From a virus (Duplodnaviria > Caudoviricetes): DNA of 64,000 bases. A program made the translations under genes and the position numbers. Within the stretch, counting starts at the first letter, position 1, and every line of letters starts with the position of its first letter. Of the stretch, positions 20,538-29,976 are shown piece by piece. The stretch is from positions 1 through 64,000 of IMG/VR virus record IMGVR_UViG_3300032303_002587. The stretch is one strand, 5' to 3'. Below the pieces are notes generated by a model. It saw only the letters and a list, made by a program, of their open reading frames with translations. It had not been told where the DNA came from and made no database searches.

Positions 20538-21635
20538 ATGAAGTACGACTTTTTAATAGTTGGAACTGGGCTTTTTGGATCAACTTTCGCGCAAAAAGCA
20601 AAAGAATTGGGTAAAAAATGTTTAATAATAGATTCAAGAAATCATATTGGTGGAAATGTTTATACAGAAAATAAAGATGGAATTAATATTCATAAATATG
20701 GCCCACATATATTTCATACAAACAATGACGAAATATGGAATTATATAAATAAATTTGCAAAATTCAACCATTTTGTTTGCAGACCTAAAGTTAATTTTAA
20801 AAAGAAAATATATTCATTTCCTATAAATCTTTTTACTTTATATCAATTATGGGGTATTAATACTCCAGAATTAGCTAAAAATAAGCTAGAAGAAGTTAAA
20901 ATTAAAGTTAACAACCCACAAAACTTAGAAGAATGGATTTTGTCACAAGTTGGCGAAGAAATATATCATACTTTTATATATGGTTATACTAAAAAACAAT
21001 GGGGAAGAGAACCAAAAGAGCTTCCTTCTTTCATTATAAAAAGACTACCAATAAGATTAAATTTTGATGATAATTATTTTTTTGATAAATATCAAGGGGT
21101 TCCTATAGATGGATATACAAAATTAATAGAAAATATGACAGAAGGAATAGATATCATATTAAATGAAAACTATTTTGATAAAAGAGACTATTGGAATAAA
21201 AAAGCTAAATCTATAGTTTATACTGGCAAAATAGATGAGTTTTTTGATTACAAATATGGCGAACTAGAATATAGAAGCTTAAGATTTGAAACAGAAAAAC
21301 ATTTAATAAAAGATTACCAAGGAAATGCTATAATCAATTATACAGAGTATGATATTCCATATACAAGAATAGTAGAACATAAGCATTTTGAGTTTGGAAA
21401 TCAAGATTATACTTATATAACTAAAGAATATCCTGATTCTTGGAACAGAAATAAAACTCCATACTATCCAATTAATAATGAAGAAAATAATTATAAGTAT
21501 AACAAATATAAAAATTTAAGCGAAAAAACAAATATTATATTTGGAGGAAGACTAGCTGAATACAAGTATTACGATATGCATCAAATAATAGGATCTGCTT
21601 TACAAAAAATAAAAAACATTGACAATAGCATATAA
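20538..21635 (+). CDS. glf: UDP-galactopyranose mutase
   Basis: VGTGLFG, HIGGN, HKYGPHIFHT, GYTKKQWG, LEYRSL, YTRIVEHKHF, PYYP and GRLAEYKYYDMH. Confidence 0.92.
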   Translation: MKYDFLIVGTGLFGSTFAQKAKELGKKCLIIDSRNHIGGNVYTENKDGINIHKYGPHIFHTNNDEIWNYINKFAKFNHFVCRPKVNFKKKIYSFPINLFTLYQLWGINTPELAKNKLEEVKIKVNNPQNLEEWILSQVGEEIYHTFIYGYTKKQWGREPKELPSFIIKRLPIRLNFDDNYFFDKYQGVPIDGYTKLIENMTEGIDIILNENYFDKRDYWNKKAKSIVYTGKIDEFFDYKYGELEYRSLRFETEKHLIKDYQGNAIINYTEYDIPYTRIVEHKHFEFGNQDYTYITKEYPDSWNRNKTPYYPINNEENNYKYNKYKNLSEKTNIIFGGRLAEYKYYDMHQIIGSALQKIKNIDNSI

Positions 21636-21648
21636 TGCGTGTTAAATT
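21619..21648 (+). promoter_or_regulatory. sigma70-like promoter at the head of the replication block
   Basis: TTGACA at 21619-24 and TGtTAAATT extended -10 (21643-48, 18-nt spacer). The GTG start (21655) follows 6 nt later. Confidence 0.55.
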
Positions 21649-21654
21649 TAATCC

Positions 21655-21993
21655 GTGAGTAATCATAAATTATGTCAAATGATAGTTAGAAAATATGTAA
21701 AAGGAACTATTAATTGGCCACGAGAAATTAAAATTGCCCAAAGATTAATTAAAAAATTTAAATCTTTTGATTTTTGGGATAACTTGCAAGACCTTGGATC
21801 TCCACCGCCCTCATTAGCTTGGTTTTTAAAATCAGAAGGAAAGGCTTTCTTATTAAAGGAATACGAATCTTTTAATATGAATTTAACTAAACAAGAAGTA
21901 CCCCTTAATGAAAATAAAATAGGAGAAGATAAAAAAGTTTGCCAAAAACCTAAAACTCTGTTAGAATTTATAAGATATGGGAAGAAAACCTAA
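21655..21993 (+). CDS. Hypothetical protein
   Basis: 112-aa ORF directly after a promoter, overlapping the recA start. Confidence 0.6.
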   Translation: MSNHKLCQMIVRKYVKGTINWPREIKIAQRLIKKFKSFDFWDNLQDLGSPPPSLAWFLKSEGKAFLLKEYESFNMNLTKQEVPLNENKIGEDKKVCQKPKTLLEFIRYGKKT

Positions 21994-23119
21994 AGAAGAA
22001 GTCGTTGAATCATCTGGTCCAAGTGCATCAGATAGATTATTATCATTTTTAAAAGATAATAAAGAAGATCATTATAATTTTGAAGATGAAATTTATTATA
22101 AAGTATCTACAGGTAGTTTAAATCTGGACATCGCTACAAGCGGTGGCCTATGTCCAGGATTACATAGATTTATTGGGATGAATGAAGGAGGCAAAACATC
22201 AGAAGCATTAGAAGTAACAAAAAACTTTCTTAAAACTGTAGAAAGTTCGAGAGCTTTACTTTTCAAAGCAGAAGGAAGATTAAGCAAAGAAATTAAAGAG
22301 CGATCTGGAATTAAGTTTGTAACTGATCCAAAAGAATGGGTTGATGGAACTTGCTTCGTATTTGAATGCAATATTTTTGAAACTGTTTCAGAACTAATGA
22401 AAGATCTTATTCAATCTAACGATGAGAATAAGAGGTACATTTTTGTTCTTGATTCAGTCGATGGTTTAATGACAAAGGGTGACTCTCAAAAAAATATGAC
22501 AGAGGCAACCAAAGTTGCTGGTGGAGCAGTTATCTCTTCAATGTTAATGAAGAGGATTTCTCTTGCGCTTTCTAAACGTGGCCATATGGCTATTTTTATT
22601 AGTCAAGTACGATCTGATATTAAACTTGATCCTTACGCTGCTAATAAAGATATTCGTCAAACTACGGCCACTGGTGGAAATGCTTTACTGCATTTTGCTA
22701 ATTGGATTCTTGAATTTGAACCAAAATTTAATAAAGATCTTATTCTTGAAAAACCAAATGAAAAATATGATCCAGTAAAGAATAAAATTATTGGTCATAA
22801 TGTTAAGATTGCAATTAAGAAGTCTACCAATGAATCAACAAATTCAAAAGTACAATATCCAATTAAATATGGCCGTAAAGATGGTTCGTCCGTATGGAAA
22901 GAATACGAAGTAATCGATCAAATCCTTGCTTGGGAATTTGCAACGGCAAAAGGAGCATGGGTAACATTTTCTGATGATATTATTGAAGAACTCAAAAAGC
23001 AAAACCTTGAACTTAAAAAGCAACATCAAGGAGTAGATAATCTTAGGTCTTATCTAGAAGAAAATAAACCAATCGTTGATTATTTTTATAGTAAATTTAT
23101 TAATACTCTTACCTCATGA
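21977..23119 (+). CDS. recA: RecA/UvsX-like recombinase
   Basis: STGSLNLD, Walker A GMNEGGKTS, Walker B FVLDSVDG, IFISQVR and TGGNALLHFA. Confidence 0.85.
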   Translation: MGRKPKEEVVESSGPSASDRLLSFLKDNKEDHYNFEDEIYYKVSTGSLNLDIATSGGLCPGLHRFIGMNEGGKTSEALEVTKNFLKTVESSRALLFKAEGRLSKEIKERSGIKFVTDPKEWVDGTCFVFECNIFETVSELMKDLIQSNDENKRYIFVLDSVDGLMTKGDSQKNMTEATKVAGGAVISSMLMKRISLALSKRGHMAIFISQVRSDIKLDPYAANKDIRQTTATGGNALLHFANWILEFEPKFNKDLILEKPNEKYDPVKNKIIGHNVKIAIKKSTNESTNSKVQYPIKYGRKDGSSVWKEYEVIDQILAWEFATAKGAWVTFSDDIIEELKKQNLELKKQHQGVDNLRSYLEENKPIVDYFYSKFINTLTS

Positions 23120-23535
23120 GACTATTAAATGTTAACGGAACTCTCGTTAACAAAAATGTAAGAAATTATCTAATAGATTGGGAAGGTAAAAGTCGAAGTA
23201 AACTTCAATTTAAATTTAAACAATTCTTTTACCCATACTGGAAGAATCATATAGTTTATGAGGAGTTCCCAGTTTATGGAAGTATGCTTAAAGTTGATTT
23301 ATTAAATGCAACCAAAAAGATAGCCGTTGAGATACAAGGTAATCAACATGAGTCCTTTAATAAGTTCTTTCATGATAATTCGCGATTAAAATACCTTCAA
23401 AGCATAAAAAGAGATGTGAAAAAAGAAAAATGGCTTGAAATGAATGAATTTAAATTTCTTGAACTCTATGAAGATGATCTTAAGAATTTATCACCACAAT
23501 ATATAGAAGAAAAGTGCGGAATATTAATTATTTAA
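23116..23535 (+). CDS. Vsr/DUF559-like PD-(D/E)XK endonuclease
   Basis: EEFPV..LKVDL...KIAVEIQGNQH...RDVKKEKW. Confidence 0.65.
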   Translation: MRLLNVNGTLVNKNVRNYLIDWEGKSRSKLQFKFKQFFYPYWKNHIVYEEFPVYGSMLKVDLLNATKKIAVEIQGNQHESFNKFFHDNSRLKYLQSIKRDVKKEKWLEMNEFKFLELYEDDLKNLSPQYIEEKCGILII

Positions 23536-23541
23536 GTGTAA
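23536..23541 (+). promoter_or_regulatory. GTGTAA motif
   Basis: Intergenic (TAAGTGTAAAA), 9 nt before GTG 23551. Confidence 0.5.
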
Positions 23542-23550
23542 AATCTGGTG

Positions 23551-23829
23551 GTGACAAATAAGAAAAAATTTAATTTTCCAGAGTCTCTTTTAAAGCAAAT
23601 TGATGAATGCAGTTTCGGTGGATATATTCTTTTTAATTTCTCAAGCAAAGGTGAACCTCAAGTATACACAAAGTTCGATAATCAAATAAATGCTATGGCA
23701 CTTTTATATTATGTTAATACTTGGAGCCAAAGCGTAGATCAATTAAATTTAGAAGCAACAACAGATCAAATAGCAAGAAAAAACCAAGAAGACGATGATT
23801 TTGATGATTCAGAAGAAGAAAAAGATTAA
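23551..23829 (+). CDS. Hypothetical protein with an acidic tail
   Basis: ORF track 23548..23829. The second GTG (23551) fits the GTGTAA spacing. Confidence 0.6.
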   Translation: MTNKKKFNFPESLLKQIDECSFGGYILFNFSSKGEPQVYTKFDNQINAMALLYYVNTWSQSVDQLNLEATTDQIARKNQEDDDFDDSEEEKD

Positions 23830-23834
23830 AACAC

Positions 23835-23863
23835 TTGACTTTTAATTTTTACTTTGGTATCAT
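23835..23863 (+). promoter_or_regulatory. sigma70-like promoter for dnaB
   Basis: TTGACT-17-TATCAT with a TG extension; ATG 10 nt downstream. Confidence 0.65.
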
Positions 23864-23873
23864 ATAAAACTGG

Positions 23874-25358
23874 ATGATTTATTCTTTACAAGTAGAAAGA
23901 CATGTATTAAGTGGCTTATTAAGGCATCAAGACCTTTTTGCGGATATTGATGTTTTCTTAAACGAAAATGATTTTTTTAATGACGTACATTCGACAATAT
24001 ATACTGTATTTAAAAATATAAAACACAAAGCTGAAAACGTAGATAAAGTACTACTTGCAGAAAAGATAAAAAATCTAGGTATATCTTTTAAAGATGAGAT
24101 TAATATATTTGATTATATTGATAATTTAAGTTTCTCCCAAATAACAGAACAAGCTACAATGGAAGCTTGTAGAGAATTAATTAAACTTAGAGTCAGAAGA
24201 GAGATCGCTCAAACAGCAGATAAATTAAAAGAATATGTAGTTAAAAATTCAGATGATAATTTAGATCAAATTATTGGAAACATAGATCAAATTTATAATA
24301 AAAAGATTTCATCTTATGACGAGAACGATGTGCCAATTAATATTTTTGCTGAAGTTGAAGATCTTGTAGAAGAAATTGGTAATTCACCAAGAGAAGATAG
24401 CGGATTAATTACTCCTTATTCTGAATTTAATAGAATGTATGGTGGTTTAAAAAATGGAAATATTTACGCAATAGCTAGTAGACCTGGACAAGGTAAATCG
24501 ACTTGGCTAAATGATATTTGTTTTAAAACAGCAATTAACCCTAAAAATAAAACTAAAACTCTTATTTTAGATACCGAAATGCAAACAGTAGACATTCAAT
24601 TGAGAATGGTTGCGTCTTTAACTGATGTTCCAGTATGGTATCTTGAAACTGGTAATTGGCGCAAGAACGAAGATATGACCAAAAAAGTAAGAGCAGCTTG
24701 GGCAAAAGTAAAAACTTATGAATACTTTCATTATCATGTTGGCAATAAAAATATAGATCAAATCTGTTCTATTATTCGTAGATGGTATCTGTCTAAAGTT
24801 GGGCGAGGAAATCAAGCGATGATTGCTTATGATTATATTAAATTGACTGGAGAAAAAGTTGGTCAAAATTGGGCGGAGCATCAAGCAATTGGAGATAAGA
24901 TCGACAAACTTAAAAGGATCTCAGAAGAAATTCATTGCCCAATTATCACTGCCATGCAGTTAAATAGAACTGGAGAAAGTTTTAATAGAAAAGGTTCAGA
25001 AGTAGTAGATGATAGCTCAGTTATCTCGCTTTCAGATAGATTACAATGGTTCGCTTCTTTTGTAGCCATTTTTAGAAGAAAGACATTGGACGAACTTACT
25101 TTAGATGGTCAACAATTTGGCACTCATAAATTAATTCCAACTAAAACAAGATTCCAAGGAAGAGATGCTGCGGGTCATCAAGATTTAGTTAGAAGATTAG
25201 ATAGTTGTGGTAAAGAAACTTGGGCGCAAAACTATCTCAATTATCAAGTTAATAATTTTAATATTGAAGAAAGAGGATCATTAAGAGATGTTGCCGATAG
25301 ACAAAGAGAGCAATATCAATTAAATGATGAAAACCAAACAGACGGAGAACTATTATGA
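23874..25358 (+). CDS. dnaB: Replicative DNA helicase
   Basis: N-terminal ERHVLSGLL..DFFNDVH, Walker A ASRPGQGKS, LDTEM, YDYIKL and AMQLNR. Confidence 0.9.
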   Translation: MIYSLQVERHVLSGLLRHQDLFADIDVFLNENDFFNDVHSTIYTVFKNIKHKAENVDKVLLAEKIKNLGISFKDEINIFDYIDNLSFSQITEQATMEACRELIKLRVRREIAQTADKLKEYVVKNSDDNLDQIIGNIDQIYNKKISSYDENDVPINIFAEVEDLVEEIGNSPREDSGLITPYSEFNRMYGGLKNGNIYAIASRPGQGKSTWLNDICFKTAINPKNKTKTLILDTEMQTVDIQLRMVASLTDVPVWYLETGNWRKNEDMTKKVRAAWAKVKTYEYFHYHVGNKNIDQICSIIRRWYLSKVGRGNQAMIAYDYIKLTGEKVGQNWAEHQAIGDKIDKLKRISEEIHCPIITAMQLNRTGESFNRKGSEVVDDSSVISLSDRLQWFASFVAIFRRKTLDELTLDGQQFGTHKLIPTKTRFQGRDAAGHQDLVRRLDSCGKETWAQNYLNYQVNNFNIEERGSLRDVADRQREQYQLNDENQTDGELL

Positions 25359-26011
25359 ATGTAGAATTAGTATCAATTACAAAACCAGAAATTAAAGGCA
25401 TAAAAAATGCAGAAGACTTGGTTGCGTTTTGCGCCAGAGTTAGCAATCCTTCTAATCAAATGAATGTAGAAACCGCACCAAAACTTTTAAAATTCTTAAT
25501 TAATCACAAACATTGGAGTCCATTTGAATTAGTTGATATGTGTGTTGAAATTAAAACTAGCCGAGGAATCGCAGCTCAAATTCTTAGGCATAGATCATTT
25601 AGCTTTCAAGAGTTTAGCCAACGATACAGCATCGCAAATGAATTTGAGGACATCGAACTTCGTTTACAAGGAGATAAGAATAGACAAGTAGGAGAGAATT
25701 TAATGCCAACTAATACAGATGCATATGATAAAGTCAGCGAACTTCTCGTAGAATCTTTATCGCTTTCGCAACATTGTTATGATACAATGATAGAAAATGG
25801 AGTGGCTAAAGAAGTAGCTAGAATGATATTACCTTTAACAACTCAAACAACCATGTATATGAAAGGTTCATTAAGAAGTTGGATTCATTACATTGAGTTA
25901 AGAACAGAACAAAATACTCAAAAAGAACATAGAGTTATAGCTGAAAAATGTAAAAAGATTTTTGTCAAAGAGTTCCCGACAATAAGCGAGGCGTTAGAAT
26001 GGAAGAAATAA
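25355..26011 (+). CDS. thyX: Flavin-dependent thymidylate synthase
   Basis: HWSPFE, QILRHRSFSFQEFSQRY, KEVARMILP and RSWIHYIELR..TQKEH. Confidence 0.95.
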   Translation: MNVELVSITKPEIKGIKNAEDLVAFCARVSNPSNQMNVETAPKLLKFLINHKHWSPFELVDMCVEIKTSRGIAAQILRHRSFSFQEFSQRYSIANEFEDIELRLQGDKNRQVGENLMPTNTDAYDKVSELLVESLSLSQHCYDTMIENGVAKEVARMILPLTTQTTMYMKGSLRSWIHYIELRTEQNTQKEHRVIAEKCKKIFVKEFPTISEALEWKK

Positions 26012-26904
26012 GCGTATACCAAATCCTTACTGATCTTGGTTATCAATTAAAAGATTGTGGAAAAGAATTTAGAACTAAACCTCTTTACAGAGATAGCGAC
26101 AACGACACAGTATTAAGAATCTATAAAGATACAGGCAATTGGGTGGATTTTAAAGAAAATATAAGTGGAGATATTAACTCATTAGTTAATTTAACATTAA
26201 AATTAGAAAGCCCAATCAAAGCTCAAGAATGGCTAAAGAATAAGAACTTTTTAATTGCACCCTCAATTCAAAATCAAAAACCTATAATAAAATCAACTAA
26301 AAAATTTGATTTATCGCTACTTCTTAAACTAGAAGATGATCAATCATATTGGTCTAAAAGAAAAGTAAATAAAGAGGCTTTATCTGAATTTAAAGGTGGA
26401 GTAGCCAAAGCTGGCAAAATGAAGAATAGGTATGTTTTCCCAATATTTGATATAAATAATAATATTATAGGATTTTCTGGTAGAGATATTACTAATAAAT
26501 CCAAAATCAAATGGAAACATTTGGGCGAAAAAAACGATTTCCTTTATCCATTATTTCTTAATTCTAAATTTATACAAGATCAAAAAGAAGTTATTTTAGT
26601 AGAAAGCATTGGAGATATGTTAAGCTTATGGCAAGCGGGAATTAAAAATGTTTTGGTAACTTTCGGAACAAACCTAAGTTTAGGTATTTTAAATTATTGC
26701 TTGAAAACAGATATGAAAAAAATATTCATAAGTTTAAACAACGACTCAGCAAAAAATATGGCTGGAAATATAGGAGCAGAAAAAGCTCAAGCCAGACTAT
26801 CAAGATATTTTGACAAGAATCAGCTTATTATCGCTTTGCCCAATAAAAAAGATTTTGGCGAGATGTCTATAGAAGAAATTTTACAATGGAAACAAAACCT
26901 TTAA
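25999..26904 (+). CDS. dnaG: DnaG-type DNA primase with a degenerate Zn-binding domain
   Basis: RYVFPI..IIGFSGR..KWKH, Toprim VILVESIGD and KDFGE. Confidence 0.75.
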   Translation: MEEISVYQILTDLGYQLKDCGKEFRTKPLYRDSDNDTVLRIYKDTGNWVDFKENISGDINSLVNLTLKLESPIKAQEWLKNKNFLIAPSIQNQKPIIKSTKKFDLSLLLKLEDDQSYWSKRKVNKEALSEFKGGVAKAGKMKNRYVFPIFDINNNIIGFSGRDITNKSKIKWKHLGEKNDFLYPLFLNSKFIQDQKEVILVESIGDMLSLWQAGIKNVLVTFGTNLSLGILNYCLKTDMKKIFISLNNDSAKNMAGNIGAEKAQARLSRYFDKNQLIIALPNKKDFGEMSIEEILQWKQNL

Positions 26905-27860
26905 AAACATTATCAGCTTCTAGAATTAAAACTCTTGAGACTTGTTCTTGGGTTTATTGGAATAACTATCATACCAAAGTTCCGCAAAGTCAAAATGATG
27001 GAGCTTTGAGAGGAACAATATGTCATACAGTTTTTGAATTATTATTAAATAAAAGACATCTTAAAAATTACAAAAGAATAATAAAAAAGAACGCTATTAA
27101 TGGAGACGAAGGAGTGGATAGACTAGTCAAAAAACTATCAGCAAAAGTTAAACTTGATGAAAGTAACTATAAACTATTAAATGATATGATTCTAGTTGGT
27201 CTTAAGAGTGATTTCTTTGGAGAAGGTGGAGAAATAGTCAAGCCAGAGTATGATTTTGATATTATAAATGAAGAGCCTAAATATCATATTAAGGGCTTTA
27301 TAGATAAGCCTATTAAAATCAAAAAAGAAATGCATATAATCGACTATAAAAGCTCTAAATATAAGTTTAGGGGCGATGACCTTGAAGCCAATATTCAAGC
27401 TATGATGTATAGTCTAGCTAGTAAAAAATTATGGCCCAAGCTAAAGCCTATTGTTAAATTTTTATTTTTAAGATTTCCTAAGCAACCAATCCAAGAGCTG
27501 TCTTTCGATGATAATGAAATTAAAGGGTTTGAGCATTATTTAGAGCATATTAATCAATACGTTGATAATTTTGATGAAAATTCAGCTCAAGCAAATTTCG
27601 CTATTGATAATGTAAAAAATAAATGGATGTGTCAAGTCGGTGGCTGGAAATGCCCTTATAAAGATCCTTATGAATATTATGTTAAGTTAAATGATAAAAA
27701 TGAAATAGTAGAATCAAGCTTAGATGGTAAATTTAAAAATATTGAAGGATTTAAAATAGAAAAAAGAACTTATGAAGGATGCCCAAAATTTAATAATAAA
27801 AAGAAAGACGATTTCCTAGAAGATAATACTATTAAAGGAAAGGATGATTTTTTAGGTTGA
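26886..27860 (+). CDS. RecB/Cas4-like PD-(D/E)XK exonuclease
   Basis: LSASRIKTLETC, GTICH, GFID..IIDYKS and QAMMY, with C-terminal cysteines. Confidence 0.8.
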   Translation: METKPLKTLSASRIKTLETCSWVYWNNYHTKVPQSQNDGALRGTICHTVFELLLNKRHLKNYKRIIKKNAINGDEGVDRLVKKLSAKVKLDESNYKLLNDMILVGLKSDFFGEGGEIVKPEYDFDIINEEPKYHIKGFIDKPIKIKKEMHIIDYKSSKYKFRGDDLEANIQAMMYSLASKKLWPKLKPIVKFLFLRFPKQPIQELSFDDNEIKGFEHYLEHINQYVDNFDENSAQANFAIDNVKNKWMCQVGGWKCPYKDPYEYYVKLNDKNEIVESSLDGKFKNIEGFKIEKRTYEGCPKFNNKKKDDFLEDNTIKGKDDFLG

Positions 27861-27885
27861 TTTTAAATTAAAAGTTTGTTATATT
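27857..27885 (+). promoter_or_regulatory. sigma70-like promoter for the polymerase block
   Basis: TTGATT-17-TATATT with a TG extension; ATG 7 nt downstream. Confidence 0.55.
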
Positions 27886-27892
27886 ACTGATA

Positions 27893-28651
27893 ATGATTCC
27901 GTTATTTAAATCGCATTATTCTTTAGGAAGATCTATTTTGACTCTAGAAGATAAATCAGAAGTAGATGATTATCCAGATTCAATAATTCAGATAGCAAAA
28001 GAAAATAAGCTTAAAGAAGTGTTTTTAGTAGAAGATAATATGTCTTCTTTTTTAGAAGCCTATACAAATACAAGAAATAATGATATTAAACTCAATTATG
28101 GATTGAGAATTACCATAACCGAATCAATAGAAGACAAAAGCGAGGAATCAAGATCAAAAAATTCTAAAATTATTATCTTTTTTAAAAATAATCAAGGATA
28201 TAGCCTTTTAACTAGACTTTACAGTAAAGCTTCAAAAGAAGGTTTCTATTATGAACCTAGACTTGATTACAAGACATTATCTGAAAATTGGACTAATGAT
28301 CTTTTGTTGTGCATACCATTTTATGATTCTTTTATTTACAATAACACATTAAGAAATTTTATATGTGTTCCTAATTTTTCATTTACAAAACCAATAGTCT
28401 TCATAGAAGATAATGACCTACCATTTGATATTATAGTAAAAAATAAAATGTTAAACTTTATTAAAGAAAATAATCTAGAAGTTTTTGCTGTCAAGAGTAT
28501 TTATTATAAAACTAAAAAAGACTTTAAATCTTATCTCACTTTTAGATGTATTAATAATAGAACAACTTTAAATAAACCAGAAATAGAACATATGTCTAGC
28601 GACTCATTTTCTTTTGAAGAATGGAAAAATTATGCAAACACAAATAAATAA
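27893..28651 (+). CDS. Stand-alone PHP domain of DNA polymerase III alpha (metal ligands degenerate)
   Basis: KSHYSLGRSIL, IKLNYGLRI, FFKNNQGYSLLTRLYS and GFYYEPRLD align by eye with the DnaE N-terminal PHP domain. Confidence 0.8.
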   Translation: MIPLFKSHYSLGRSILTLEDKSEVDDYPDSIIQIAKENKLKEVFLVEDNMSSFLEAYTNTRNNDIKLNYGLRITITESIEDKSEESRSKNSKIIIFFKNNQGYSLLTRLYSKASKEGFYYEPRLDYKTLSENWTNDLLLCIPFYDSFIYNNTLRNFICVPNFSFTKPIVFIEDNDLPFDIIVKNKMLNFIKENNLEVFAVKSIYYKTKKDFKSYLTFRCINNRTTLNKPEIEHMSSDSFSFEEWKNYANTNK

Positions 28652-29114
28652 AATTGTCTTATCCAAAGAAGAAGCCATAGAAGCTGCGATTATGGGAGTC
28701 AAAAGAAGAATGACTAACGTATTTAGAGAACTAAACGATTTGTCTCATCATGGTCCACCAATAGGTGGAAATTGGTGGTCAAATGATATTGAAGCCGCTG
28801 GAGCGGAATTGGCTTTTGCTAAATTTATTGGTGAAGATTGGGTAGGAGCAGTAAATACTTTTAATGCTCCAGATGTCGGAGAAGATTGGCAAGTTAGATA
28901 TACAAATATAGATTACGGATGCTTAATCTTAAGAAAGAAAGATAAAGTTAAATTAAAACAAAAATTTGTCTTAGTAACTGGATCTATGCCAATTTATAAT
29001 ATAAAAGGATATATCATAGGAACAGATGGAATCCAAGAAAGATTTTTAAAAAATCCTAACAATGGAGAACCAGCTTGGTTTATACCTCAAAGAGAATTAT
29101 TAAAATTTAATTAA
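28632..29114 (+). CDS. Hypothetical protein, possible PD-(D/E)XK-fold
   Basis: AELAFAK...APDVG..WQVR. The likely start is ATG 28632 (track start 28614). Confidence 0.45.
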   Translation: MQTQINKIVLSKEEAIEAAIMGVKRRMTNVFRELNDLSHHGPPIGGNWWSNDIEAAGAELAFAKFIGEDWVGAVNTFNAPDVGEDWQVRYTNIDYGCLILRKKDKVKLKQKFVLVTGSMPIYNIKGYIIGTDGIQERFLKNPNNGEPAWFIPQRELLKFN

Positions 29115-29115
29115 T

Positions 29116-29754
29116 ATGGACGAACATTTACTTAGATATAATAAAGATAAAACTTTAGTTTTTATTGATTGTGAGACTTTGAATCTCTGTCTTAATTTTT
29201 GTCATAATTTACCTTGGCAGATTGCTATGCTTAAGGTTAAAGGTGATCAAAAAATTGATCAAAAAAATTTTTACATAAAATGGGATACAAACTTAAAAAT
29301 AAGTGACGCAGCTGCCTATATAACTAGATACGACCACAAGAAAATTTTAAGAGACGGTTTAGATCCAAAAGAAATTTTCCCAACAATTAAAGATTGGGTT
29401 GATAATGCAGACTATATTATAGGCCATAATATTTTAGGGTTTGATATTTATCTTATTAAAGAGTATTATAAATATATGGGATGTAGCTGGCAACATCTTG
29501 TACCAAAGTTTATAGATACAAATACTTTAGCTAGAGGTATAAAATATAATATGCCTTATTCAAATAAAGATAATTTAACTGAATATCAATATAAAATTTT
29601 TCATACAAGAAAAAAGAATGTCAAAAGCTCTTTGACTTTTCTAGGTAAAGAAAATGGCGTAGATCATGATTATGATCAATTGCATGATGCTATAAATGAT
29701 CTTGACTTAAATTTAAAAGTATGGAATAAATTGAAATGGCAAGTAGAGGTATAA
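29116..29754 (+). CDS. DEDDh 3'-5' exonuclease (DnaQ/epsilon-like)
   Basis: ExoI FIDCET, ExoII GHNILGFD, IDT and ExoIII LHDAIND. Confidence 0.85.
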   Translation: MDEHLLRYNKDKTLVFIDCETLNLCLNFCHNLPWQIAMLKVKGDQKIDQKNFYIKWDTNLKISDAAAYITRYDHKKILRDGLDPKEIFPTIKDWVDNADYIIGHNILGFDIYLIKEYYKYMGCSWQHLVPKFIDTNTLARGIKYNMPYSNKDNLTEYQYKIFHTRKKNVKSSLTFLGKENGVDHDYDQLHDAINDLDLNLKVWNKLKWQVEV

Positions 29755-29757
29755 TAT

Positions 29758-29976
29758 ATGGCTTCAATGGATAATATTTATGATATGATACAAAAACTAG
29801 ATGATTCTGATACGGAATATCTTTTAATTACGATTCAAAAAGGCAAAAAGAATGGTAAAGCTGATGTTTTTTATTCTTTAAAAGATAGAAAATCAATGAA
29901 AATACTTGCTAGTGGATTAAATGTTTTTAATCAAGAGATTGATAAAATAAACGATGAAATGGACGAAAATGATTAA
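29758..29976 (+). CDS. Hypothetical protein
   Basis: 72-aa ORF closely packed in the operon. Confidence 0.55.
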   Translation: MASMDNIYDMIQKLDDSDTEYLLITIQKGKKNGKADVFYSLKDRKSMKILASGLNVFNQEIDKINDEMDEND

